DNA of 53,165 bases from an uncultured Verrucomicrobiota bacterium (GCA_937894935.1 CALAYC010000332.1:1-53165), one strand, 5' to 3'. Shown: positions 9,132 through 19,894, counted from the stretch's first letter. Numbers and translations: made by a program. Notes: generated by a model from the letters alone, not told the origin.

Positions 9132-10922
9132 GTGGCGATGAGATCCAGGAGCACATGGGTTTGGCTGGCGATTGCGGTGGTGTTGTTTGCCATCGTTTTC
9201 GGAGTCGAAAAATTTTGGCGGAAACCACCGCCCGGTCTGGTGGCGTTGTTGCCGGAGTTTAAAGCGGATGCAGTGAAGGCGGTGCAGTTCGCACTCGCGG
9301 GCCAGCCGGAAATTCGCGTGGAACGCACCAACGATACCTGGCGCATGGTGAAGCCGATCAGCTATCCGGCACAAGCTGCGAGCGTTGATGCGCTGTTGCG
9401 CGCGCTCGAACGCCTCGCGCCGGCGAACACGATTTCAGCGTCGGAAGTTCGCGAACGCAAAGATCCGGATTCCGAATTCGGTTTCGACAAACGCACGACG
9501 CTGACGCTGCACACGGATGATTATTGGCGGCAATTGATTCTGGGGGCGCACACCGCGCCCGGCGATCAGATCTACGTGCAGGTGGTCGGTACGGAAGGCG
9601 TGTTCGTTGTGGACGCGCGGTTGTTGCAATTGTTGCCGGCTCAACCTGATGACTGGCGCGACACGGGGCTGGTCGATTTGCGGAATCTGTTTTTCGATCA
9701 CATCATCGTTTCCAACGCGGCGACGGTCTTGCATCTCGCTCAGGAAAACACGAATTCGCTGTGGCGCATTACGGCGCCGCTTTCAGCGCGGGCGGATAAT
9801 TTCCGGCTCGCGGAATTACTGCAACAACTTCATGCGACGCGCGTGGCGAGTTTTGTTACTGATGACCCGCGCGGTGATCTGGAAACGTTCGGATTGAACG
9901 CGCCGGAACTGGAAGTGAATCTGATTCACGGCACGAACAGCATCGCCGCAGTACAATTCGGTCGCAGCCCGACGAATGATTCAACGCTCGTTTACGCGCG
10001 GCGTGCGGATTCTCCCGCGGTGGTGACGGTGGAACGACGGATGATTGAGCCGTGGTTGGCGCCGCTGGAAAAGTTCCGCGATCCGTATCTGGTCACGCGC
10101 CAGCGCATGGTGGATGAAATCGAAGTGCGCGGGACGGAAAATTTCACGCTGCAACGCGTTTCCTCCAATGCATGGAAACTGGTGGATTCGCCGCTGCCGA
10201 TGGACCCGGGTTTCGTTGGACAATTTCTGCTCACATTCGTTGCTGCGCCGATTCTCGAATACAAGGATTCGATTACCGAAGCGGATTTGCCGAAGTACGG
10301 CCTGGCTGAACCGTCACGCCGGATTCGTTTGCGCGGTAAAGCCAGTGGAGGGAATACCAATTCTCTAATCGCGGAAATTCTCCTTGGCGACATGAAGGAA
10401 GGCGTCGCGTATGTGCGACGCACTGACGAGAATCCGATTTACGGCATCGGCACTGCCGATTTTGCGCGGCTTTCGGTCGCGCCGTGGCGATTACGGGATC
10501 GGCAGATCTGGCGTTTTGATGTGACCAACGTCGTGCGCGTCGTCACCCGTCAGGAAAATCGTGTGATTGATCTGCGACGCCTGGGCGAAAAATCCTGGAC
10601 CTTCGGCGGAAATTCGCAGGGCATTCTCAACGGCGCGGCGGTTGAGGAAGCGGTGCATCGCTTTGGCGAATTGGATGCGCTGGAATGGGTGGGCTGCGAC
10701 GCCAGCGTGGCGGAAAAGTTTGGTTTTAATCCGGCCTCTCTCATCGTCACGTTCGAACTGAAAGATGGCGCGAAATATCAGATCGAGTTCGGCGGCAAAT
10801 CGCCGGATGATTATCCGTATGCGATGGTGAAAATCGGCGAAGAACCGTGGTTTTTCGAGTTCCCGCTCGTGCCGTTTGAACTGCTGAAGTTTTACGTCCT
10901 GAACGCAGGCAGTTCGCAATGA
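9132..10922 (+). CDS. DUF4340-like membrane-anchored protein
   Basis: It has an N-terminal TM (WVWLAIAVVLFAIVFGV) and sits immediately after a GldG-like gene, where DUF4340 proteins are normally found. I did not recognise any catalytic motif. Confidence 0.55.
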   Translation: MAMRSRSTWVWLAIAVVLFAIVFGVEKFWRKPPPGLVALLPEFKADAVKAVQFALAGQPEIRVERTNDTWRMVKPISYPAQAASVDALLRALERLAPANTISASEVRERKDPDSEFGFDKRTTLTLHTDDYWRQLILGAHTAPGDQIYVQVVGTEGVFVVDARLLQLLPAQPDDWRDTGLVDLRNLFFDHIIVSNAATVLHLAQENTNSLWRITAPLSARADNFRLAELLQQLHATRVASFVTDDPRGDLETFGLNAPELEVNLIHGTNSIAAVQFGRSPTNDSTLVYARRADSPAVVTVERRMIEPWLAPLEKFRDPYLVTRQRMVDEIEVRGTENFTLQRVSSNAWKLVDSPLPMDPGFVGQFLLTFVAAPILEYKDSITEADLPKYGLAEPSRRIRLRGKASGGNTNSLIAEILLGDMKEGVAYVRRTDENPIYGIGTADFARLSVAPWRLRDRQIWRFDVTNVVRVVTRQENRVIDLRRLGEKSWTFGGNSQGILNGAAVEEAVHRFGELDALEWVGCDASVAEKFGFNPASLIVTFELKDGAKYQIEFGGKSPDDYPYAMVKIGEEPWFFEFPLVPFELLKFYVLNAGSSQ

Positions 10923-10923
10923 T

Positions 10924-13923
10924 ATGGCTACAGTTGCCAAGGGAAAGACTCGGTTCTGGCGCCGGTGTCGGATCGTCTTTCGGCGCACCCGGATGGTCGT
11001 CTGGGTCATCACGCTGCTGCTGCTTTCCATTCTGGTTTATCTCAATCTGATCGGTTTGCCGGATTTCGTAAAACATCCGTTGCTCGCCAAATTGAACGAA
11101 CGCGGATTGAATCTGAAGTTCACCACGCTGCGATTGCATTGGACGCGCGGATTCATCGCGGAAAACGTAGCGTTTGCGTCCAGCACCGAGGAAGAACACC
11201 CGGAACTTCCGCGGCTGACAGCGCGGGAAATGGAATTCAATCTGCGTTTGCGCTCGCTCATTCGCGGTCGCTTGCAGGTGGATGGACTGATTTTGCGAGA
11301 TGGCAAACTGGCGTGGACATTGACGGAGACGAATGCACCGAATCGCACGCTGACAATTGAGCGCATCGAATCCAGCCTGCGTTTGCTTCCGAATGACGAA
11401 TGGCTTCTGGAAGACCTGCGGGGACAATTTGGCGGCGCGAAATTTTATCTCAGTGGCAGTCTCGCGAATGCATCCGCGTTGAGTGATTGGCAGGCGCAAC
11501 CGTCGCGTCGGCTTGATCTGGAGGAAGCGCGGGAACAGTTGCGCGAAATCATGGACGTGATGGAACAGATTTCGTTTCAAACGCCGCCGGAAGTGCATCT
11601 GGACATCACGGGCGACGCCCGCGATCTGGCGTCGTTTACCGTGCGATTCACCGTTGGGGCCAAGGATGCGGATACCGCATGGGGTAAAGCGCATGATGTG
11701 TTGCTGACGGCGAACATGTTGCCGGTCGGGACAAATGCGTTGTCGCGCGTGGAGATCAGTCTGCAAGCGCTGGAATTGGAAACGCCGTGGGCGAGTACCA
11801 CGAATCTGGATATCGATGTGCGCCTCGAATCAACCGCACGACAGCCGGGTCTGGTGAATGCAACCGCGACGGTGCGGGCGGGATTGGTGATTGCGCCTGA
11901 TGTGATGCTCACGGGAATGCACGCGAAAGCATCGTGGACTCATGCGGTGACGAATCCCGTGCCGCGCGAAGGTCAGTTGGAAGTTCACGCGGATACAGTC
12001 ACAAGTTGGATGACACGCGCGCGCGATTGCGATTTCTCGGCTACGTGGTCCACCGTCACAAATCCGCTGCCTGCCGCCGCGACGTTAGGATTCTGGACCA
12101 ATCTGTTGCCGTATCAGGTGCAATGTGCAGCCCGAATCGCCATGTTGCGTTCGCTCGCGTTGCAGGCGGATAACCTTCGTTGCGAAGCCGAATGGGCGGC
12201 GCCGCGCTTGAGTTTTTCCAAATTTGAAACGGCGTTCTATCGCGGCCCGTTAACCGGCACCGGCGAACTCGACGTGGTTTCTCGCGTGGCAACAGTTTCC
12301 GCAGAATCACACATTGATCCGAAACGCTTCGCACCTTTGTTGCCTCGCCCGGTGCAGGAATGGTTGGATCATGTCACCTGGTCTGCCGCACCAGAATTGC
12401 GCGGCACGGCGACGATAGCGTTGCCGGAGTGGACCGCACCGCGTGAAGTCTGGGAAACGCATTCGCCGACGAACGTTCATTTAGCCGGTTATTTGGCGGT
12501 GACGAATGGAACGTTTCGCGGAATTCATTCGGAGGTGATTTCAACGCACTTCAGTTTCAGCAATTACGTCTGGCAAACACCGGATCTTACTATCACGCGC
12601 CCGGAAGGAAGTTTTCGTGCGGCGGCGCGGATGAATGAAGCGACCGGAGATTTTTATGCGCAGTTGCACAGCACGATTGATCCCGCGGCGATTGTTCCGC
12701 TGCTGGGGGCGGAGGTGCGACGGGGTTTTGACCTTTGCGAATTTGGACAGCCGCCGGTGGTCGAGGGCGAAATCTGGGGTCGCGGAGCAGACGTTGAAGC
12801 GCTCGGTTTTCAAGGTCACGTGGCGCTGACGAATTTTGTGTTTCGCGGTGAAGCGGTGGATGCCGCGATCAGCGGTGTGCGTTACACGAATCTCACTGTG
12901 GATTTTATCGAACCGCGGGCATGGCACGGGACGCAGCATGTTTCGGCGGTTGGCGTGGCGGCGGATTTCAACGCACATCGCGTTTACATCACGAACGCGA
13001 GCGGGATGTATGCGCCGAGTTCGATTGTGCACATGATTGGTCCAATGGTCGCGGAAGTGATGTCACATTATCATTTTGGCAAACCGCCGATGGCGCGCGC
13101 GCATGGGTATGTTTCCATGCGCGATCCGCATGACGCGAACATCGTTTTTGAAGGGGGCGGTGAAGATTTTGAATCGTTGCGATTTCGGATTCCGCGCTAC
13201 ACCGCGCGCATTATCTGGCAGAACAATCTGCTCTCGGTTACCAATCTGACGGGAGATTTTTACGGCGGCAGAGCGCAGGGCTGGGCGCATTTTGTTTTTG
13301 GAGAGGATGACAATGCGCAACTGCAGTTCGCGGTTTATATCACCAATGCGTCGTTGCCTGCATTAGTGGCGGATCTGACGCAACGGACCAATAATCTCGA
13401 TGGGCGGCTCAGCGGAAATCTTATTATCACCAATGGTATGACCGACGATTTCGACACGTGGAGCGGCTACGGTTATGCCAGTCTGCGCGATGGTCTGCTC
13501 TGGGAACTGCCGATTTTCGGGAAGCTCTCGGATGTGTTGGAAGTCGGAAACACGCGCTTTACGGAAGCGGTGGGAAATTACACCGTGGCGCAACGCACAT
13601 TATACTCGCCGGATCTCGAATTGCGCGCGGTTTCGATGCGATTGTTGTATCGCGGGACGGTGACGTTTGACGGCGACATCAGTGCGCGCGTGACGGCCGA
13701 GCTGTTGGGCAACACGCCGGTTTTCGGTCCGATGATTGCCACGATTCTTTCGCCGGTGGCGAAGGCTTTGGCTTTTCGGGTCAGCGGAACGGTGCAAGAT
13801 CCAAAATACGAACCGATCAACATTCCGAAATTTCTGCTCGCGCCGTTCAGTCCGTTGCAGACGTTGGAACAAATATTGTCGCCCGAGCCGCTCAAACCTC
13901 CGGCCCCGCCAGAAATAAAATAA
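10924..13923 (+). CDS. Large AsmA-like/TamB-like envelope protein (999 aa)
   Basis: A single N-terminal TM (VVWVITLLLLSILVYLNLIGL) precedes about 950 aa of repetitive beta-rich sequence. The C-terminal end (...RAVSMRLLYRGTVTFDGDISARVTAELL...AFRVSGTVQDPKYEP) resembles the AsmA-like C-terminal region. The gene starts 2 nt after the previous stop. Confidence 0.45.
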   Translation: MATVAKGKTRFWRRCRIVFRRTRMVVWVITLLLLSILVYLNLIGLPDFVKHPLLAKLNERGLNLKFTTLRLHWTRGFIAENVAFASSTEEEHPELPRLTAREMEFNLRLRSLIRGRLQVDGLILRDGKLAWTLTETNAPNRTLTIERIESSLRLLPNDEWLLEDLRGQFGGAKFYLSGSLANASALSDWQAQPSRRLDLEEAREQLREIMDVMEQISFQTPPEVHLDITGDARDLASFTVRFTVGAKDADTAWGKAHDVLLTANMLPVGTNALSRVEISLQALELETPWASTTNLDIDVRLESTARQPGLVNATATVRAGLVIAPDVMLTGMHAKASWTHAVTNPVPREGQLEVHADTVTSWMTRARDCDFSATWSTVTNPLPAAATLGFWTNLLPYQVQCAARIAMLRSLALQADNLRCEAEWAAPRLSFSKFETAFYRGPLTGTGELDVVSRVATVSAESHIDPKRFAPLLPRPVQEWLDHVTWSAAPELRGTATIALPEWTAPREVWETHSPTNVHLAGYLAVTNGTFRGIHSEVISTHFSFSNYVWQTPDLTITRPEGSFRAAARMNEATGDFYAQLHSTIDPAAIVPLLGAEVRRGFDLCEFGQPPVVEGEIWGRGADVEALGFQGHVALTNFVFRGEAVDAAISGVRYTNLTVDFIEPRAWHGTQHVSAVGVAADFNAHRVYITNASGMYAPSSIVHMIGPMVAEVMSHYHFGKPPMARAHGYVSMRDPHDANIVFEGGGEDFESLRFRIPRYTARIIWQNNLLSVTNLTGDFYGGRAQGWAHFVFGEDDNAQLQFAVYITNASLPALVADLTQRTNNLDGRLSGNLIITNGMTDDFDTWSGYGYASLRDGLLWELPIFGKLSDVLEVGNTRFTEAVGNYTVAQRTLYSPDLELRAVSMRLLYRGTVTFDGDISARVTAELLGNTPVFGPMIATILSPVAKALAFRVSGTVQDPKYEPINIPKFLLAPFSPLQTLEQILSPEPLKPPAPPEIK

Positions 13924-13944
13924 GGCGGACCTTGTGGTCCGCCT
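13923..13944. terminator. Hairpin between convergent genes (AsmA-like and recA)
   Basis: AGGCGGACC-ttgt-GGTCCGCCT is a 9-bp perfect stem. On the minus strand it is followed by TATTTT. Confidence 0.4.
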
Positions 13945-13962
13945 TGGGATTAAATCCGTCCG

Positions 13963-15063
13963 TTATTTGTCCTTCTCCGCTTTGTCGTTTTTGTCGGATT
14001 TAGCTGGAGCAGGTTCGGGATTTTTCTTCGCGAGAATGGCGTCCACGATTTTCTTCGCAAGATCGGGTTTTTCAACCAAAGCCCGTTTGGCGGCATCTTT
14101 GCCCTGCCCGATGAGTTCGCCGTTGAATTGCAGCCACGCGCCTTTCTTGTCCACCGCGCCGGTCTCGACGCCCATGTCGAGAATGCTCCCTTCTTTATCA
14201 ATGCCGTGATTGTAAATGATGTCGAACTCCGCTTCGGTGAATGGCGGGGCGACTTTATTTTTCACGATCTTCACTTTGACGTGATTCCCAATCGCGTTGC
14301 CGGAGCTGTCTTTGAGCGTGTCTTTGCGGCGAATATCAATGCGCACGCTGGCGTAGAATTTCAGCGCTTTGCCGCCGGGCGTGGTTTCGGGGTTGCCGAA
14401 CATGACGCCGACTTTCTCACGCAATTGGTTCGTGAAAATGCACGTGGTTTTGGATTTGTTGAGAATGGCGGTGAGTTTGCGCAACGCCTGCGACATCAAG
14501 CGCGCCTGCATACCCATCGTCGCCATGCCCATCTCGCCTTCCAACTCGGCTTTCGGCACGAGTGCGGCAACGGAGTCCACAACGATGACGTCGAGCGCAT
14601 TGGAGCGTGCCAGCGTTTCGCAAATGGTAAGCGCTTCTTCGCCGGAATCCGGTTGCGACACCAGCAACTCGTCGAGATTAACGCCGAGTTTTTTGGCGTA
14701 AGCCGGATCCAGCGCGTGTTCGGCATCAATGAACGCTGCCAGCCCGCCGCTTTTCTGAGCGTTCGCGATGACGTGCAACATCAGCGTCGTTTTGCCGGAG
14801 GATTCCGGACCGAAAATTTCCACCACGCGACCGCGCGGAACCCCGCCAACGCCAAGCGCGAGGTCCACAGCTAAAGCTCCGGTGGGAATGACTTCAATTT
14901 TCTTCAACGCATGCGCGTCGCCGAGCCGCATGATGGCGCCGTCGCCGTAGCTTTTAGTGATGGTGGAAATGGCGGCATCCAACTCGCGTTGGCGCGCGGC
15001 GGAGATTTTCGCCGCGTCGTTTTTCGATTCGACAGGGACTTTTTCGGTGGCTTTCGGTGGCAT
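13963..15063 (-). CDS. recA: Recombinase RecA with a Lys-rich C-terminal tail
   Basis: [52 protein letters not shown] (Walker A) and [10 protein letters not shown] are all present. Confidence 0.97.
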   Translation of the reverse strand: MPPKATEKVPVESKNDAAKISAARQRELDAAISTITKSYGDGAIMRLGDAHALKKIEVIPTGALAVDLALGVGGVPRGRVVEIFGPESSGKTTLMLHVIANAQKSGGLAAFIDAEHALDPAYAKKLGVNLDELLVSQPDSGEEALTICETLARSNALDVIVVDSVAALVPKAELEGEMGMATMGMQARLMSQALRKLTAILNKSKTTCIFTNQLREKVGVMFGNPETTPGGKALKFYASVRIDIRRKDTLKDSSGNAIGNHVKVKIVKNKVAPPFTEAEFDIIYNHGIDKEGSILDMGVETGAVDKKGAWLQFNGELIGQGKDAAKRALVEKPDLAKKIVDAILAKKNPEPAPAKSDKNDKAEKDK

Positions 15064-15260
15064 AACGATCTCCCGGGGTAAATGGTTTTCGGCCGGTTAA
15101 AATTTCGGGCGCGACGGTACCGAATGACATTTGCGGAGTCAACGCCACGAACAGAACTGACCGAAAACTTTGCGTGGACGCGCAGATTTTCGGCTTCGCG
15201 CGTGGCGTTATCGCTTTCAGTTTTGAACCAATCTGGAGATTGGCGTTCCCTCGGCGCTGG

Positions 15261-16178
15261 CTATTTCGTCATCGCAGGGCGCGGCCGAGGTTTATGAAAA
15301 GCGAAGATATCGGTCTGATGACGTAAGCCGGCTTTGCTGAAGCGGAAACCGTTGCCATTCGATACCAAATCCTGCAACGGGTCTGCGGGGGTGCCGGTGA
15401 TGATTTCCTCCGTCAATTCCGCCACGCTGCGCAATACGCGAGTCGGTTGATAAACATAGTCGGCAATATCTTCAAATTTCGTTGAGCCGCTCAACACGAG
15501 ATAGGATTGCAAACCGGCTTCGAATGCGCCGCGGATATCGGTTTCCATCGTGTCGCCAATCATCACAACCTGTTGCGGCGTGCCGAGTGTGAGGTCTGCG
15601 AGTTTGCGACGCGCGCGATGAAACATGTAGCCATTCGGTTTGCCGAGGTAGTAGGCAGGACGACCGCTGCTCGCTTCGAGGAACGCGGCGGTTGCGCCAG
15701 CGCCCGGGCGAGTTTTGTTGCTGGAGACCGGACACCAATTGTCGGGATTTGTCGCGAGCAGGCGGGCGCCTTTTTCGATGCATTCATGCGCTTTAGTTAA
15801 GCGATCCATCGTGGTTGTGCCTTCGCCTACAACGACGTAGCGAGGTTGGATTGAATCGCTCGCAATTTTTCGTTCATGCAACGCGGCGAGCAATCCACCT
15901 TCACCAATGACAAACACGGTGCAACCCGGATCTGTTTCACTGAGAAAATCCGCAGTGTTCATCGCCGACGTATAGAAATGGCGGGAAGACAAGCCGGTGA
16001 TACCAAGATGTCGGAGTCGCACCGCGAGGTCTTCGGGAGTGGGCGCGGAGTTATTAGTGAGAAAGAGAAACGGTGCGCCTTTCGCAATCAGCGCTTGAAT
16101 GAAGTCGGTGACGCCGGGGATCAACTGATTTTCCCGGTAAATCACGCCGTCCATATCAATCAGATATCCTGTTTTCAT
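15261..16178 (-). CDS. HAD-superfamily subfamily IIA hydrolase (NagD-like sugar phosphatase)
   Basis: MKTGYLIDMDGVIYRENQLIPGV...FLFLTNNS...MIGDTMETDI are HAD motifs I-IV. Confidence 0.85.
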   Translation of the reverse strand: MKTGYLIDMDGVIYRENQLIPGVTDFIQALIAKGAPFLFLTNNSAPTPEDLAVRLRHLGITGLSSRHFYTSAMNTADFLSETDPGCTVFVIGEGGLLAALHERKIASDSIQPRYVVVGEGTTTMDRLTKAHECIEKGARLLATNPDNWCPVSSNKTRPGAGATAAFLEASSGRPAYYLGKPNGYMFHRARRKLADLTLGTPQQVVMIGDTMETDIRGAFEAGLQSYLVLSGSTKFEDIADYVYQPTRVLRSVAELTEEIITGTPADPLQDLVSNGNGFRFSKAGLRHQTDIFAFHKPRPRPAMTK

Positions 16179-16469
16179 TTTAGATTGTGACCATCCTTAA
16201 CTACCCAAGGCGATTCGCTCGCGTGTGCTTGGGGGATTGCAGCCGGGATTTGGCTACAAATTGGTTTTAGCACGACGACTGCCAGTGCGGTTGTTAGCGT
16301 AAGTTGCTGATTTTAAGCAAATTTAAGGAATTGGCCACGCCTGTGACGGGAGCGAATCCAACATTGTGTTTAAAAAAGAACAACGCAGCGGTGGCGTTGT
16401 GAATAACTTCCCAATAAGTCGTCCTCAAATTCAACCCTGCCGGTGTTGCTCCTGCTTAAACAGGGGTAT

Positions 16470-17141
16470 ATGTACGACGAATCGACGTTCCTCACCCCTC
16501 GGACTTTTGAAGTTTTGCTCGACGGCGCGCCGGTGCAGCTTCCTGAAACCCGCCGATCTCTTCCAGCGATACGGACTTACCTCGAGACTATCGCATTGGA
16601 GAACGAACGGGTGCTCTGTCAGTTCAAGGTGAACGGTCGGTCGGCGAACGCGGCAAATATTTCCCAGTCGGAAACTGACCAGGAAAAAAGTTCCCCTACC
16701 CTCATCGAAGCGCAGACGGTTGGCTTGGCGGAAATGCCATTGCGAATGTTGGAAACGGCGCTGAACGAAACTCGGGCGGCTCGTGCGGTGACGGAAGCGG
16801 CGGTGACGCAGGTTTTGATTAACGACGCCCCGATGGCGCGCGAACTGTGGTGGGAGCTGGCGCGCAAGATGAAAGAGCCATTGCTGACATTAAGTCTTTT
16901 GCCGGAAAGCATTTATCAAAGCCCTGCCGGGGCGGCTTCTTTGATGCAGGTGCGTAAATGGCAGTTGCAGCAATTGGCTGTCATCATGAAGGAAGTGGAC
17001 GAAGCTGCTTGGCAGTCTGAGACTTCCGCGTTGTCGAATGCGTTGGAAAATCGCGCGTTGCCTTGGCTGGATAAGTTGCACGACATGATTTTGTTATGGC
17101 GCGAAACGGTTCTGGCCGGATTGCGCGCCAAGGCGAATTAA
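16470..17141 (+). CDS. Hypothetical protein
   Basis: This is the only long ORF in the interval, and I prefer the ATG at 16470. I recognised no family. Confidence 0.45.
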   Translation: MYDESTFLTPRTFEVLLDGAPVQLPETRRSLPAIRTYLETIALENERVLCQFKVNGRSANAANISQSETDQEKSSPTLIEAQTVGLAEMPLRMLETALNETRAARAVTEAAVTQVLINDAPMARELWWELARKMKEPLLTLSLLPESIYQSPAGAASLMQVRKWQLQQLAVIMKEVDEAAWQSETSALSNALENRALPWLDKLHDMILLWRETVLAGLRAKAN

Positions 17142-17210
17142 GTTTCGAGCGAAGCGGAGTCTTGGTCGTTTGTTAAGCTGCCGAAGAAATGCTGAACGCA
17201 TCAGTTCGGA

Positions 17211-17642
17211 TTAAATCATTTCGATAGCTGCGACGCGGGCGGCGTGACGTCCCCCGCTGAATTCCGTTCTCAGCCAAATGCGTACGATTTCCAGTGCAAG
17301 GTCCGCGGAAATCGTCCGCTCGCCGATCGCTAAGACATTGGCGTCATTGTGTTCGCGGGCCCAACGCGCCGTTTCCAGACTCCAACAGAGCGAACAGCGA
17401 ATTCCCCGAACTTTATTTGCCACAATAGCTTCGCCATTCCCGGAACCACCGAGAACAATCGCGCGGTCGTATTCACCACGCGCAACTGCTTCCGCTGCAG
17501 GCCGAATGAAGGCCGGATAATCGACTGGCTCAGTGCTGTGCGTGCCGAAATCGTGGACCTCGTGCTTCAGTTCGATGAGAAGCGATTTGATTTTTTCTTT
17601 GTAAGTGAAACCGGCGTGATCGGAGGCGAGGGCGATTTTCAT
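17211..17642 (-). CDS. rpiB: Ribose-5-phosphate isomerase B (RpiB/LacA/LacB family)
   Basis: MKIALASDHAGF...VLGGSGNGEAIVANKVRGIRCSLCW...HNDANVLAIGERT. Confidence 0.9.
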   Translation of the reverse strand: MKIALASDHAGFTYKEKIKSLLIELKHEVHDFGTHSTEPVDYPAFIRPAAEAVARGEYDRAIVLGGSGNGEAIVANKVRGIRCSLCWSLETARWAREHNDANVLAIGERTISADLALEIVRIWLRTEFSGGRHAARVAAIEMI

Positions 17643-17852
17643 AGTGACGTAAATTGGCTAAGTTCGTTGGCTGGTGCGACGGGAAAATTTGTTGTGGAAA
17701 CGTGCGTTCCGATACCGATAGCGCTGCAAGTAGTTAAATCAACCGGGTTAACTGAACAAAAACATTGCCTCTGCGCGTGCGCTTTGGCTTCATTTAGCGT
17801 CATGGCACAAGCCGCCGGGAAGCCGGGAGCATCACCCCATGAGCGTTGTCGG

Positions 17853-18116
17853 ATGCAGATTTTTTACTCTGGCCGCGTGCAAGGGGTCGGATTCCGATAT
17901 ACAGTTCGCACAGTTGCGACCGGGTTTGACGTGGTGGGGATGGTGCGCAACCTGACCGATGGCCGGGTGGAGTTGATTGCCGAAGGGGAACGGGCGGAAC
18001 TGGAGGCGTTTCGGGTGGCGATTCCTGATGCCGGATTGGCAGCGAACATACGGAATGAAGAAGCCATTTGGGGCCAACCCCAGGGCCACTTCAAGGGATT
18101 TACGATTGAGCGATAA
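17853..18116 (+). CDS. acyP: Acylphosphatase
   Basis: MQIFYSGRVQGVGFRYTVRTVA...GMVRNLTDGRVELIAEGE is the classic acylphosphatase signature. Only the C-terminal 87 aa of track ORF 17349..18116 is homologous. An alternative ATG lies at 17802. Confidence 0.85.
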   Translation: MQIFYSGRVQGVGFRYTVRTVATGFDVVGMVRNLTDGRVELIAEGERAELEAFRVAIPDAGLAANIRNEEAIWGQPQGHFKGFTIER

Positions 18117-18122
18117 ATTGAG

Positions 18123-18845
18123 ATGAGATTTGCGATTCTAGCGGATATTCACGGCAACCTGGACGCGCTCCAAGTAGTGCTGGATGATTGCAAGAAACAA
18201 CAGGTGACCCATTACGCCTGTCTGGGAGACGTTGTCGGATATAACGCGAATCCCAAAGAATGCCTCGACATCATCCGCTCCATGGGTATGCCCTGCGTGA
18301 AGGGCAATCACGACGAATACTGTTCCACTGAGGAACATCTGGAAGGTTTCAATCCCGCCGCGGCCGAAGCCGTCAATTGGACGCGCAAGCAACTCACCGA
18401 AGATGATCGCCAATGGCTGCGTGAGTTGAAGTACACGCGCATGGTGACGAATTTCACGATCGTCCACGCCACGCTCGACGGTCCACAACGCTGGGGTTAT
18501 GTCTTCGACAAACTCGCGGCTGCTGCCAGCCTGACGTATCAAAACACTTCAGTTTGCTTTTTCGGTCACACCCACGTTCCGGTGGCATTCATGAAAGACA
18601 GCATGGTGCGTGGCGGAACGTATTCGAAATTCAAGACCGAGCCGGGGAAGAAATATTTCGTCAACGTCGGCGCTGTCGGTCAACCGCGCGATAACAATCC
18701 GAAAGCCGCTTACGTCGTGTATGACACCGTGGACGGCACGATTGAATTGCGTCGGCTGGATTACGACATCGCCGCTGCGCAGAAGAAGATTCTCGCGGCG
18801 GGTTTGCCGGAACGACTTGCCGAACGCTTGGCATACGGCCGCTGA
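18123..18845 (+). CDS. Metallophosphoesterase family protein
   Basis: ILADIHGN, LGDVVGY, GNHD and FFGHTHVP are the calcineurin-like phosphoesterase motifs. Confidence 0.85.
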   Translation: MRFAILADIHGNLDALQVVLDDCKKQQVTHYACLGDVVGYNANPKECLDIIRSMGMPCVKGNHDEYCSTEEHLEGFNPAAAEAVNWTRKQLTEDDRQWLRELKYTRMVTNFTIVHATLDGPQRWGYVFDKLAAAASLTYQNTSVCFFGHTHVPVAFMKDSMVRGGTYSKFKTEPGKKYFVNVGAVGQPRDNNPKAAYVVYDTVDGTIELRRLDYDIAAAQKKILAAGLPERLAERLAYGR

Positions 18846-18921
18846 ACCAGTGAAACGCGGAGAATATTCCGCGCGCTGAAACTTCCGCTTGAATTGGCGG
18901 TAAGACGGCGAACCTTCCAGC

Positions 18922-19839
18922 ATGAACCACGCTCTGAAGTTGATTCGTGTCATCTCGGAGGGACGACCGGGTCACGAGAACCAAAGCGTTGGATTGGCGC
19001 TGGCGCTGGCGCGACGCATCGGAGCGGAGGTGGATATTATTCGCATTCCTGCGACCTGGAATTTGCTCACGCGTCGCAAAGCTGCACTTCAAGCCGGTAA
19101 AGGCATTCCGCAACTGCTCATTGGCACCGGTCACAAAGTCCATTTACCGCTGTGGTTCGCCGCGCGAAAATTCAACGCGCGCTCGGTAGTCATCATGGAG
19201 CCGACCTGGCCGAAGCGGTTGTTCGATCTTTGCATTCGACCGCAACACGATGGCGAAACCCCCTCTCCACACGTTATCACGACGCTTGGTGCGTTGAATC
19301 GGCTGCCTGAAGAGATTCCAACCAAACAGAACCGCGGCGTCGTGCTGATCGGTGGTCCGTCGAGATCGCATGGTTGGTCGGCGGAGGAAACAGCGAATGC
19401 GATTGCGACGGTGGTTCATTCGCGCTCGGGCCTGAACTGGACAATCTCCGATTCGCGTCGGACGCCCGCAGGTTTTCTGGAACAACTGCGCAAACGCAAA
19501 CTCAACGCAGAAATAATCTCGCATCAGCAGACGAAGCCCGATTGGTTGCCGGCACAACTCATGGCCGCGCAGGAAGCGTGGGTGACCGAAGACAGCGTCT
19601 CGATGATTTTTGAGGCGGTAACGGCGCGCGCGCGAACGGGAATTTTCCCTGTGCCAAGAATCAATCCGGCGGCCGATCCCGTGCGAGCGATTGAAAAACT
19701 GGTACGCGAGGGATATGCGACACCATTCGACGTTTGGGCAAACACCGGTCAACAGCTCCCGGAGCCGAAGCCGCTTCATGAAACCGCGCGTTGTGCCGAT
19801 TTAGTTTTGACTCGGTTGTTTCCAGTCGTAAAAGGCTGA
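18922..19839 (+). CDS. ELM1/GtrOC1-family protein (putative glycosyltransferase, DUF1022)
   Basis: VISEGRPGHENQSVGLALAL at the N-terminus matches the ELM1-family opening as I remember it. Confidence 0.65.
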   Translation: MNHALKLIRVISEGRPGHENQSVGLALALARRIGAEVDIIRIPATWNLLTRRKAALQAGKGIPQLLIGTGHKVHLPLWFAARKFNARSVVIMEPTWPKRLFDLCIRPQHDGETPSPHVITTLGALNRLPEEIPTKQNRGVVLIGGPSRSHGWSAEETANAIATVVHSRSGLNWTISDSRRTPAGFLEQLRKRKLNAEIISHQQTKPDWLPAQLMAAQEAWVTEDSVSMIFEAVTARARTGIFPVPRINPAADPVRAIEKLVREGYATPFDVWANTGQQLPEPKPLHETARCADLVLTRLFPVVKG

Positions 19840-19894
19840 GGCTGAATCCAAAAATGGTACGCAGACGGACGGCGTTTGCGACATTTGAGGCGGG

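Noticed and set aside
15149-15157. GAACAGAAC upstream of recA as a possible LexA/SOS box
   Set aside because: It is only a half-site-like string. It fits neither GAAC-N4-GTTC, nor CTGT-N8-ACAG, nor GTTC-N7-GTTC, and no palindromic partner is present.
17349-17852. N-terminal 168 aa of the 255-aa ORF that ends in the acylphosphatase
   Set aside because: This part overlaps rpiB antisense and the intergenic region. Only the last 87 aa (or at most 104 aa) match acylphosphatase.
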